Assembly: GCA_963666485.2 (NCBI GenBank)
Contig: CAXXUO010000004.1
Location: forward strand, 64,001-128,000
Length of the DNA: 64,000 bases
DNA from: Syntrophorhabdaceae bacterium
Lineage (GTDB): Bacteria; Desulfobacterota; Syntrophorhabdia; Syntrophorhabdales; Syntrophorhabdaceae
Reading direction: 5' to 3'
Shown piece after piece: positions 30,881-39,313 of this stretch (positions are counted from its first letter, which is position 1; each line of letters opens with the position of its first letter). Under the pieces are notes generated by a model. The model was not told the origin of the DNA. It saw only the letters and a list, made by a program, of their open reading frames with translations, and made no database searches. The translations under genes and the position numbers were made by a program.

Positions 30881-31354
30881 TCAAAATACCTGGTTTCTTT
30901 TTCCGTCCAGAAAATCCCGGAGAGGACGTATCCCCGGATCCACTATGTTGTCCGGCAGGCTATCCTGTGAAAAAAAACGGACTTCGTAACTCTCTTCGCT
31001 CGGCCTCAATTCCCCGGATACGACGACGGCCGTAAATATGGCGTCTATGATATGCGCAAGGTCGCCGTTGTCCGGGTAGCACACAATCCGGCCATCCAGA
31101 GGATCGGAATACATCCCCAGGAATCCCGTGATCTCGACGTCGAGCCCGGTCTCTTCGCGTATCTCGCGAATAGCAGTTTCTCGTAAAGTCTCACCCGGCA
31201 AGACAGCACCTCCCGGGAGCCCCCACATGCCGTTGTCCCGTCGCCGTTCGAGAAGGATCTCGCCTTTCTCATTCACCACAAAAGCCCCCGACCCTATCTT
31301 GACGCGGGTCAGTCCGGGTTTCTGGACACGGGTAGAATACATAGATACCGTCAC
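30881..31354 (-). CDS. NUDIX hydrolase
   Basis: Nudix box PGGAVLPGETLRETAIREIREETGL. Confidence 0.9.
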   Translation of the reverse strand: MTVSMYSTRVQKPGLTRVKIGSGAFVVNEKGEILLERRRDNGMWGLPGGAVLPGETLRETAIREIREETGLDVEITGFLGMYSDPLDGRIVCYPDNGDLAHIIDAIFTAVVVSGELRPSEESYEVRFFSQDSLPDNIVDPGIRPLRDFLDGKRNQVF

Positions 31355-32058
31355 GTCCGTCCCAGTATTTCGTGTGCACTGCCATATGATTCCGGCGTGC
31401 CTATGTCGATGAACTTCCCCTTCGTCACGTAAGCATAAACTCCTCTGGGCAAAATAGCAGGCATTATCTCTCTCTCGAACGAAACGACGGTGTCGGGCTG
31501 GACGCCGTCAAAGACCTTTCTGTTTATCAGGTAGACTCCTGCATTGATGTAACCGCCCTGACCGTCATCCTTCTTCTCCTCAAACGCAAGGACTCGTCCC
31601 GTACCGTCAAACGTCACCCTGCCAAACCTGCTGGCGTCATCCACACTGACGACCGTCAGGGTGACAAGGGCCCCGCACTCTGTATGCATTCTCATAAGCT
31701 CCCTGAGATCAACATCCACGAATGAGTCACCGTTCAGCACAAAAACATCTTCGGTCCTCGTAAGGTCGAGTGCCTTCTTGATGCCGCCGCCGGTCCCCAA
31801 CAGTTCCCTTTCGATCGAAAAATCTACATCAAAAGGAAGATCGGGGCGATCCCTATACAATTCGATGACCTGTTCGGCCATGTGCCCTGCGGCGAACACC
31901 AGTTTCGCGGCGACCCCGCTCGACTTCAACATGTCCACGATAATATCGAGAAACGGCCGGCCGTCGACCAGCGCGACAACCTTCTGACGGTCTTTAACCA
32001 CCGTACTCAACCTTGTGCCTCGCCCACCAGCCAGTATAATTGCGTCTAACGATTTCAT
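31351..32058 (-). CDS. hddC: Heptose-1-phosphate guanylyltransferase
   Basis: ILAGGRGTRL, LLGTGG, VLNGDS, FIDIGTPESY; gmhA, hddA and gmhB are nearby. Confidence 0.85.
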   Translation of the reverse strand: MKSLDAIILAGGRGTRLSTVVKDRQKVVALVDGRPFLDIIVDMLKSSGVAAKLVFAAGHMAEQVIELYRDRPDLPFDVDFSIERELLGTGGGIKKALDLTRTEDVFVLNGDSFVDVDLRELMRMHTECGALVTLTVVSVDDASRFGRVTFDGTGRVLAFEEKKDDGQGGYINAGVYLINRKVFDGVQPDTVVSFEREIMPAILPRGVYAYVTKGKFIDIGTPESYGSAHEILGRT

Positions 32059-32146
32059 AATGTGAACAATTTCATCTGAAAGGTATTCAAGAAGTAACCT
32101 ATTTCTGCGACGTTAGTCTGGTTATGAAGGCAATTACGAACCCAAA

Positions 32147-33415
32147 CTATTGACGATCCAGTACCTTGTTATCCAGGTATTCGAATAATGCATCGGCGGC
32201 CCATGAATGTCCCGTTTTGTTCCAATGTGCGTCATACCTCCACCTAGCTTCTTTCAGATCACCTCTTTTTGAGAAATATGTGTTTAGATCAATCAAGGGA
32301 ATGTTATTCTGATCCGCAATTTTCTTTATCCTTGACATATAACCTTTGTCTGTCGTTTTTCTTCCATTCATCTTGTCAGGACTCTCCGGAAGCGACGCGG
32401 CGTTGGCCATGATGACCAGTTTTGCGCCATCCTTAAGGGTCTTCTCTTTAAATACTTTGATAATGTGATCCGTAATGCCTACTGCATCTTCAAACACTGG
32501 CGGCATGTTTTCTGCGTAGATCATCAGATCCATATCAAGATCGTCGGGGAACTTCCAACCGGACAGCTGAGCCCTGTAAGAAGGCACCTGTCTCAATTCT
32601 GCTATTCTTTCCTTTACCACCTCATTGTAAGCATTAGTGCTTATTTTGAATTTGATGTCGATAATTTTCGTAAGCCATCTGTAGAGTGTGCTCCATCCCA
32701 AATAAGGGTTCATTTGATTCTCAATTCGTACAAAAAGCGGGGTCTTTCCTTTTGTTTTTAGTACGTATTTACCCCAATCAGGATCAATGTCGATCCTGGC
32801 ATAATCATTTTCACCTTTCTTTTCGAAAAACAGGCGGGGAGACTTGTACGGATCCCACCCATTCCTGATAGATTCCAACAAAGGCGAGTTATTAGCGAAA
32901 TCATTGTATACAAACACGATCACAACAAGATCTGGTTTATACTTCCTTCCCAGTTCTTCGTAGAAAGACAGGACATTACTCGTACCACAGCCTGAGAATC
33001 CCAATGCAATAACTTCAGGCTTTCTGAATGGATATTTCTTTTGCAGTTTTTCCTGCAAAATAGCCTGAATTTTATCTTTGGTCTCAACCTGTACGGCTTC
33101 GATAAATGAGTCTCCAAGTAATAGAACGCGATATGTTCCCCTCGGCTTTTCAAATGAATGCTCGTAATCCAAAAATCCTACCGAGTTTGCTTTTTGCGTA
33201 ACGCTATAATCAATGACATTGCTCCATTTGAGGGTTGAATTGGGCTTAAAAACAAACCCCAACCTGGGATTAAACTCGGCGGGCCAGGTGCTCTCCTGGA
33301 CCTTTACTGGAACAACAAAAACTCTTACTATCAATTCCAACACCAGAAAACAAATACATAAAGTTACGCCCAGGATCATAACATTTGTTATCAGGGGCGG
33401 AATCTTGATTTTCAT
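32147..33415 (-). CDS. Membrane-anchored SGNH/GDSL-family protein (AlgX/DltD/SxtL-like)
   Basis: N-terminal TM; LLGDSF, GFSG.G, YNDF, DAHWN. Confidence 0.8.
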   Translation of the reverse strand: MKIKIPPLITNVMILGVTLCICFLVLELIVRVFVVPVKVQESTWPAEFNPRLGFVFKPNSTLKWSNVIDYSVTQKANSVGFLDYEHSFEKPRGTYRVLLLGDSFIEAVQVETKDKIQAILQEKLQKKYPFRKPEVIALGFSGCGTSNVLSFYEELGRKYKPDLVVIVFVYNDFANNSPLLESIRNGWDPYKSPRLFFEKKGENDYARIDIDPDWGKYVLKTKGKTPLFVRIENQMNPYLGWSTLYRWLTKIIDIKFKISTNAYNEVVKERIAELRQVPSYRAQLSGWKFPDDLDMDLMIYAENMPPVFEDAVGITDHIIKVFKEKTLKDGAKLVIMANAASLPESPDKMNGRKTTDKGYMSRIKKIADQNNIPLIDLNTYFSKRGDLKEARWRYDAHWNKTGHSWAADALFEYLDNKVLDRQ

Positions 33416-33488
33416 TACTGTCTCAATGAACTAAAGGCTTTTCGGATAGCGGCGCGTCTTATGGGGACATCTATCTTCGTACCACCGA

Positions 33489-33893
33489 TCACCAGACATC
33501 CTGCAAGTCTTTTGGAATATAAAGATGGTTTCTTGTTTTATAGCCCGTTTCTCTCTTTCTGTTCATCTTGATTTCCATGAAATCCCCATGCAAGACACGA
33601 TAGAAGGCGGCAATAGGTGTTAAGAGAAGAAAAAAGATCATAGACAAAATGATTTTTGAATTTACGGTCCCCAAGAAATTGGCGAAGGCTAGCCAGAAAT
33701 AGGAGATCTTGCTGGCAACGTTTTTCAAAAAAACAGCAATGCCAAGGAGCGCAAGAGCCACGTAATACAGGATCTGCGTTTTAAACAACAGGCCGAATAC
33801 GATTGCCATCCCCGCGAGGATACACAGCGTTTCAATGCTTTTAAGGTCATGATCCTCTTTCGATCTAATGTCCGATGTCATATATGAACCCAA
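33489..33893 (-). CDS. sxtJ: SxtJ-family small membrane protein
   Basis: WLAFANFLGTVNSKIILSMIFFLLLTPIA pattern; lies downstream of the carbamoyltransferase. Confidence 0.75.
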   Translation of the reverse strand: MGSYMTSDIRSKEDHDLKSIETLCILAGMAIVFGLLFKTQILYYVALALLGIAVFLKNVASKISYFWLAFANFLGTVNSKIILSMIFFLLLTPIAAFYRVLHGDFMEIKMNRKRETGYKTRNHLYIPKDLQDVW

Positions 33894-33926
33894 TTTATCG
33901 ATCCTTTCCGCTACTCACATTTGCTT

Positions 33927-34076
33927 TCAGAACAGAGCATATATAAAGGGCGCGATAGCGGACCCTCCTGCAATAACGATCACCACGGCAAACAGAAGCA
34001 GAACAATTATAATCGGCAATAACCACCATTTTTTTCTTTGCCTCATAAAACCCCATAGATCAGCAAATAAGGACAC
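33927..34076 (-). CDS. sxtK: SxtK/DUF5989-family 49-aa membrane peptide
   Basis: Manual translation MSLFADLWGFMRQRKKWWLLPIIIVLLLFAVVIVIAGGSAIAPFIYALF*; AGGAGG RBS at 34085-34090; too short for the ORF track. Confidence 0.88.
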   Translation of the reverse strand: MSLFADLWGFMRQRKKWWLLPIIIVLLLFAVVIVIAGGSAIAPFIYALF

Positions 34077-34121
34077 TATCACAACCTCCTAAAAACACAT
34101 TTCTGTATAGTCAAGCGGCCT

Positions 34122-35999
34122 TTAATCAAGCCCATAAACAGCCCGCCAATCTATGTCATCAATCCATTCCGGCTGCTGTTTCTTGTCAAAAAGATAATTT
34201 CCTACGACGAGATAGTCCATTTCGGTTCTCATAAAGCACTTATATGCGTCGTCAGGCGTACAGACTATTGGTTCCCCTCTTACATTGAAACTGGTATTGA
34301 CTATCAATCCGCATCCGGTCTTTTCCTTAAAACGTTTGATCAAGTGCCAGTATCTTGGATTCGTTTCCTGATGAACAGTCTGTATACGCGCAGTAAAATC
34401 AATATGGGTGATCGCAGGGACATCCGATCGCACGAAGTACAGCTTATCTTTCCACGGAAAAGAATGATAATCCTCAGGTATCTGATTCCTTCTAGACTTC
34501 AGCACATTGGCGATGAGCAGCATGTAAGGCGAGACAGACTCCAGATCAAAGAACGTTTCTACATCTTCATCCAGTACAGAAGGGGCAAACGGCCGGAATC
34601 CCTCTCTGAACTTTATCTTCAGGTTCAGTTTCTTCTGCATGGCCGGACTCCGTGCATCGGCAATGATACTTCTGTTGCCAAGCGCGCGCGGTCCCCACTC
34701 CATCCGACCCTGGAACCAACCCAGGACGTTCCCGCTCTCGATAAGGTTTGCTACGACCTCACATAACTCATCAAAATCGTTGTAGTATGAATAGACTGCC
34801 TTTTTCTTTTTCCGGACTGCCATGCGCATGACTTCCAGGTCATCAAACATAGGTCCCAAATAAGAACCCTGCATTGAATCGGAACCCTTTTTATCGGTAT
34901 TGGCATCTCGAGGCTGGTCGAAATAGATGTGATAAGCAGAATAAGCTGCACCCAGCGCACCCCCGGCATCCCCCGCCGCAGGCTGGATCCATATATCCTT
35001 GAAAATCTTCTGCTTCAGCAGCTTACCGTTAGCGACACAGTTCAATGCCACGCCGCCTGCCAGGCATAGATACTCTGATCCTGTCAATCTTTTAGCTTCA
35101 CCGGCCATTCTTAAGACAATCTCTTCCGTTACGTTCTGAATGGCAAGGGCAAGGTCGCAATGAGCCGAAAGTAGATCCTCCTCCTCGTCTCTGGGAGAAA
35201 GACCGAACAATTTCTGCCACTTTGGGACATTCGCCATTCTCAGTCCGGTGGCATACTCGAAATACTCCTGGTTGAGAAATACAGAACCATCGTTCTTTAT
35301 ATCCAGCATTTCGGTCTTTATCAGATCTATAAAGTGCTTTGTCTGTTCAGATTCGGGGTTGCCGTACGGGGCAAGGCCCATAAGTTTATATTCGCCTGAG
35401 TTCACTTTAAAACCAAGGTAATAGGTGAATGCGGAATAGAGTAATCCCACTGAATGAGGAAAGCACAGTTCTCTGAGGATTTGTATGCTCTTCCCTTTTC
35501 CATGGCAGATCGAACTAGTTGCCCATTCACCAACTCCATCTATTGTCAATATTGCGGACTCCTGAAATGGGGAAGGATAGAATGCACTTGCTGCATGCGA
35601 GAGATGATGTTCAGGGAAGAGAAGCTTGGTCCTGTTTGCGTCGAACTTACCAAAAAGACTAAGTTCATTAAGGATCATTCTTTTGAGCATCAATTTTTCT
35701 TTGATCCAGACCGGCATAGCGGACAGAAACGATCGCAGACCTTTTGGGGCAAAGGCATAATATGTTTCCAATAATCGCTCAAATTTAAGAAACGGCTTAT
35801 CATAGAAGACGACCGCATTCAATTCTTCGACCGCGACATCTCCTTCCATAAGGCAATATCGGACTGCATTATGAGGAAAGGAGGGATCGTGTTTCTTTCG
35901 AGTAAACCGTTCTTCCTGCGCGGCCGCAAGAATTCTCGAATCGTGTAACAAAACTGCAGCTGAATCGTGATAAAATGCCGATATTCCTAAAATGTGCAT
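34122..35999 (-). CDS. O-carbamoyltransferase (NodU/CmcH/SxtI family)
   Basis: GISAFYHDSAA, AAQEERFTR, HHLSHAAS, GGVALNC, GPRALGNRS, NTSFNVRGEP. Confidence 0.95.
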   Translation of the reverse strand: MHILGISAFYHDSAAVLLHDSRILAAAQEERFTRKKHDPSFPHNAVRYCLMEGDVAVEELNAVVFYDKPFLKFERLLETYYAFAPKGLRSFLSAMPVWIKEKLMLKRMILNELSLFGKFDANRTKLLFPEHHLSHAASAFYPSPFQESAILTIDGVGEWATSSICHGKGKSIQILRELCFPHSVGLLYSAFTYYLGFKVNSGEYKLMGLAPYGNPESEQTKHFIDLIKTEMLDIKNDGSVFLNQEYFEYATGLRMANVPKWQKLFGLSPRDEEEDLLSAHCDLALAIQNVTEEIVLRMAGEAKRLTGSEYLCLAGGVALNCVANGKLLKQKIFKDIWIQPAAGDAGGALGAAYSAYHIYFDQPRDANTDKKGSDSMQGSYLGPMFDDLEVMRMAVRKKKKAVYSYYNDFDELCEVVANLIESGNVLGWFQGRMEWGPRALGNRSIIADARSPAMQKKLNLKIKFREGFRPFAPSVLDEDVETFFDLESVSPYMLLIANVLKSRRNQIPEDYHSFPWKDKLYFVRSDVPAITHIDFTARIQTVHQETNPRYWHLIKRFKEKTGCGLIVNTSFNVRGEPIVCTPDDAYKCFMRTEMDYLVVGNYLFDKKQQPEWIDDIDWRAVYGLD

Positions 36000-36094
36000 T
36001 TGAATCGCATTGTGTTGGACTGGATCGTCAAATCATCTACCCTGTTCAATTGTGCTGGTCCGTGGTTCTAACAGGTCCTGGATAGCGAGAATGG

Positions 36095-37975
36095 TCAGCT
36101 GACGTCCAGCGTGTTTTCATGCTGAACCATCCACTCATTGAGAAACAGCAAATTCCATATCTTAGCCGACATATCATGGACTCTTGAATGTTCGTTCAAA
36201 ATCCTCTGGATCGTGTCCATGTTAAAGAACAACGGCAGATGTTTTGAATTAACGAGCCTTCCTCTTACATCTTCTCTCAGTCCACCCGCAAACCAGTCCC
36301 CAAGCGGGATCCCGAAACCTTTCTTGGGCCTTTCTATCACAGATTTCGGAAATCTTTTCAGGGCGAGGGCCTTCAAAATATACTTCTTGTCATACGTGGT
36401 CTGTCCATCAGCGTGAATCTCGCGCAGTTTGAAACTGGCCGGGATTGTTGCCGCAATCTCCATCAATCGATGGTCAAGAAGCGGGGTTCTGACCTCCAAG
36501 GAATTTGCCATAGACGCAATATCGACCTTTGTCAGGATATCGTACGGAAGATATGTCAGTATATCAAGGTGCTGCAGCCGGCTTACCAACGTGTCACCCT
36601 GAAGAGCCAGGAGACTTCTTCGATACGATTGCTCATTATCGACCAGCGAAGCGTATCTCTCGTTATACAGGAGGTCCCTCTCCTGGGAGGAAAAATGCTT
36701 ATAGACCGAAGAATAAAGATCGAAGATACTGTGTCCGCTGTTTTGCTCCAATATCGGCCTGGCTCTGCCGAGTAGCCCCAAAGCGTATCGGGTCAACCTT
36801 TCACCAAATTTCTCTTGCCTTTTCTTGACCTGCCCGGAGACCACATACTCGTACGTGTTGTATCCGGCAAAGTTCTCGTCGCCCCCGTCACCGCTCAAAA
36901 CCATCTTGACGTTTTCCCGGGCCATACGCGACACATAGTATGTGGGGATAGCTGATGAATCGGCAAAAGGCTGGCCATAATGTTTGACAAGCAGCGGCAG
37001 AATACCGAGAGATTCCACTTTGACGATCTTTGTGTAATGCTCGGTGCCGCATAGTTCGGCAACCTGCTTTGCATACTGCAATTCACTGAAATCCGCATTC
37101 TCAAACCCGATGCTGAAGGTCTTGACGGGTTGGTTCAGGATATCGGACATATATCCCACTACCAGGCTGGAATCAATTCCTCCACTTAGAAATGCCCCGA
37201 AGGGCACATCACTCACAAGCCTTAACCTTACGGATTCACGCAGTACACAATCCAATTCTTCCAGCCAATCATCAAAAGATAAAGACCTGTCCTCCTTGAA
37301 ACTGAGTCCCCAGTATCTTTTCCTGACAATCTGACCGGATTTTGTATCAACCGCGAGGTAATGTGCCGGGGGCAGGCAGTGCACATCCCGGTAAATGGTG
37401 CGGGGAGCAGGGATGTATTGCCAGTACAGGTAATCGTCGAGTGCTTCAGGGTTGATTCTGAAGGGGCCTGCTACGCGATAAAGCGGCTCAATCTCGCTCG
37501 AAAAGAACAGGGTGCCGTTCCGCGTGGTGTAAAAAAGAGGTTTTTTACCCGCACGGTCGCGAGCGATCAAGGCCTTGCCGCTCCCGGTGTCATAGCAGGC
37601 AAAAGAGAACATACCGCGGAAATGCTCAAGACAGTCCTCGCCCCATTCCAGACAGGCATTTAAAACGACCTCAGTATCCGAATGCGTGTCGAAGCGCCGT
37701 CCCGTCTTTTCGAGATCTTTGCGTATCTCGGGAAAATTATATACTTCTCCGTTATACGTTATTATTCCGGTACCGGTATGGTCCTGCATGGGCTGTTTGC
37801 CCAGGTCGAGGTCGATGATTGAAAGACGTGCATGCCCGAACGAGACCGGTCCTGCCGTTTCCACCCCGTGGCCGTCCGGGCCCCGATGCCGCATCAGCCC
37901 GATCCCTGTTGTGACCTTATCGATTTCCGCACAGTCAGAACCGTTAAGATTGATGGCCCCAAAGATCCCGCACAT
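36095..37975 (-). CDS. asnB: Asparagine synthase-like amidotransferase
   Basis: MCGI, HRGPD, SGGIDSS, SGDGGDE. Confidence 0.92.
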   Translation of the reverse strand: MCGIFGAINLNGSDCAEIDKVTTGIGLMRHRGPDGHGVETAGPVSFGHARLSIIDLDLGKQPMQDHTGTGIITYNGEVYNFPEIRKDLEKTGRRFDTHSDTEVVLNACLEWGEDCLEHFRGMFSFACYDTGSGKALIARDRAGKKPLFYTTRNGTLFFSSEIEPLYRVAGPFRINPEALDDYLYWQYIPAPRTIYRDVHCLPPAHYLAVDTKSGQIVRKRYWGLSFKEDRSLSFDDWLEELDCVLRESVRLRLVSDVPFGAFLSGGIDSSLVVGYMSDILNQPVKTFSIGFENADFSELQYAKQVAELCGTEHYTKIVKVESLGILPLLVKHYGQPFADSSAIPTYYVSRMARENVKMVLSGDGGDENFAGYNTYEYVVSGQVKKRQEKFGERLTRYALGLLGRARPILEQNSGHSIFDLYSSVYKHFSSQERDLLYNERYASLVDNEQSYRRSLLALQGDTLVSRLQHLDILTYLPYDILTKVDIASMANSLEVRTPLLDHRLMEIAATIPASFKLREIHADGQTTYDKKYILKALALKRFPKSVIERPKKGFGIPLGDWFAGGLREDVRGRLVNSKHLPLFFNMDTIQRILNEHSRVHDMSAKIWNLLFLNEWMVQHENTLDVS

Positions 37976-37978
37976 CGC

Positions 37979-39307
37979 TCAGTTGTTCCTTCCCTTATTC
38001 ATTTTCGCCCGGAAGACTTCGTTGTAACGCATAATCATATGTTCGATTATCTTATCTGAGTCATGATATTTTTCGATGAATGCCGGCCCCTTTGCTCCAA
38101 GCATTTTCAACTCGTCGGGCTTGCTGACCCATTCTTTCAGTTTCTCATAAACATTGTCCGGGCGCGCTACAATGATCGGGCAGTCCGGTATACTGTCCAG
38201 AAATTCCTCACGTATATAGGCCATGTTGGGGACGCCCATGAGCATGGTCTCAATATTTGCGTTATTGTAGTACCCCATCATCAGTTTTCCAGCATACAGG
38301 TCGGCGCTTTTGTAGAGCGACAACGCTTCGGACAACGGCTTCTTTACAACCTCGATGTACTCGATATTGAACCCTTCGTCCTGAAGCCTCGATATGGCTT
38401 TGCGAAGGTGTGGCAGTCCGTCGACTCCCGGATGGTTCGAACTCGACACGATCCTGAACACCCCGTTATTCTTCGGGGCCGGCACCACATTCTCGAAATC
38501 TATCCCATATGGTGTTATGAACGGGATATGCTCCGCTTCGGCAAAGAAATCCTGAAGGTCCGGGGTCGTCACAAAGAAAAGGTCGCCTGCCTGCCTTGCC
38601 TTTGACAATCTCATGCGGTGGTAATCCGTATCACATGATCCCTCAGGATAATCACATTCTTTACAGCAGCTGACATCGGGGTTCTTCCGAAGGTTGATGC
38701 TCTTTTGTCGCAGGTCGCAGCCGCGGAAATGAAATACGAGTACCTTGTTCATTTTTTTGAGGTAGGGAATCTCCCAGCCATCATCAAGGGATAATAATGA
38801 ATTGAAATGGAAATGGATCACATCGTGCCTGGCGAGGACAGCCCATAGATAGTAAACTTCCAGGAGTTTACGTTTAAAGAAAGTAATTTTGTAGGGTATT
38901 GAATAGTCGAAGCCAATTAACAATCTGTTATCAATGCCGGTATTTAGTGCAAAATAATTTGCCTTTTTCTTGTGGGATCTCAGTAGACGCGACAGCATGA
39001 ACTGTTTGCTGGATAAAATAGACACATGAAGTACCGACCTGACCTCCGTCCTTCGTATAGCCAGGTGCAACACCTTATAAATGAACAACGATACATCACA
39101 AAAGAATGTCCGCATATATTGAAACGACACATACAATACATGTCTTCGATGAGTTATTGCCATCATCACCAGGTTTCTTGCCCGCAAGATTGGAAATACG
39201 AACAACTTTTTTGTGGCTAAGAAGAGATAATGTTTCAGTATGTAGTAAAGTTTCCTGAACATTTTTACAAAGATCCATTTGTTTGAGGTGGTGTCTCCGA
39301 AAACCAA
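37979..39307 (-). CDS. GT4-like glycosyltransferase
   Basis: HDVIHFHF, RGCDLRQ; C-terminal similarity to 16132..17298. Confidence 0.65.
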   Translation of the reverse strand: MVFGDTTSNKWIFVKMFRKLYYILKHYLFLATKKLFVFPILRARNLVMMAITHRRHVLYVSFQYMRTFFCDVSLFIYKVLHLAIRRTEVRSVLHVSILSSKQFMLSRLLRSHKKKANYFALNTGIDNRLLIGFDYSIPYKITFFKRKLLEVYYLWAVLARHDVIHFHFNSLLSLDDGWEIPYLKKMNKVLVFHFRGCDLRQKSINLRKNPDVSCCKECDYPEGSCDTDYHRMRLSKARQAGDLFFVTTPDLQDFFAEAEHIPFITPYGIDFENVVPAPKNNGVFRIVSSSNHPGVDGLPHLRKAISRLQDEGFNIEYIEVVKKPLSEALSLYKSADLYAGKLMMGYYNNANIETMLMGVPNMAYIREEFLDSIPDCPIIVARPDNVYEKLKEWVSKPDELKMLGAKGPAFIEKYHDSDKIIEHMIMRYNEVFRAKMNKGRNN

Positions 39308-39313
39308 TGAAAA

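Noticed and set aside
32059..32146. Internal promoters or terminators in the longer gaps (also 36000-36094)
   Set aside because: I could not identify a convincing -35/-10 pair, ops/JUMPstart element or hairpin with a U-tract by eye.
32147..35999. Saxitoxin biosynthesis (sxtI/J/K/L-like genes, plus a sulfotransferase and APS kinase elsewhere in the window)
   Set aside because: No sxtA, sxtG or other core scaffold genes are present; the context is entirely glycan biosynthesis.
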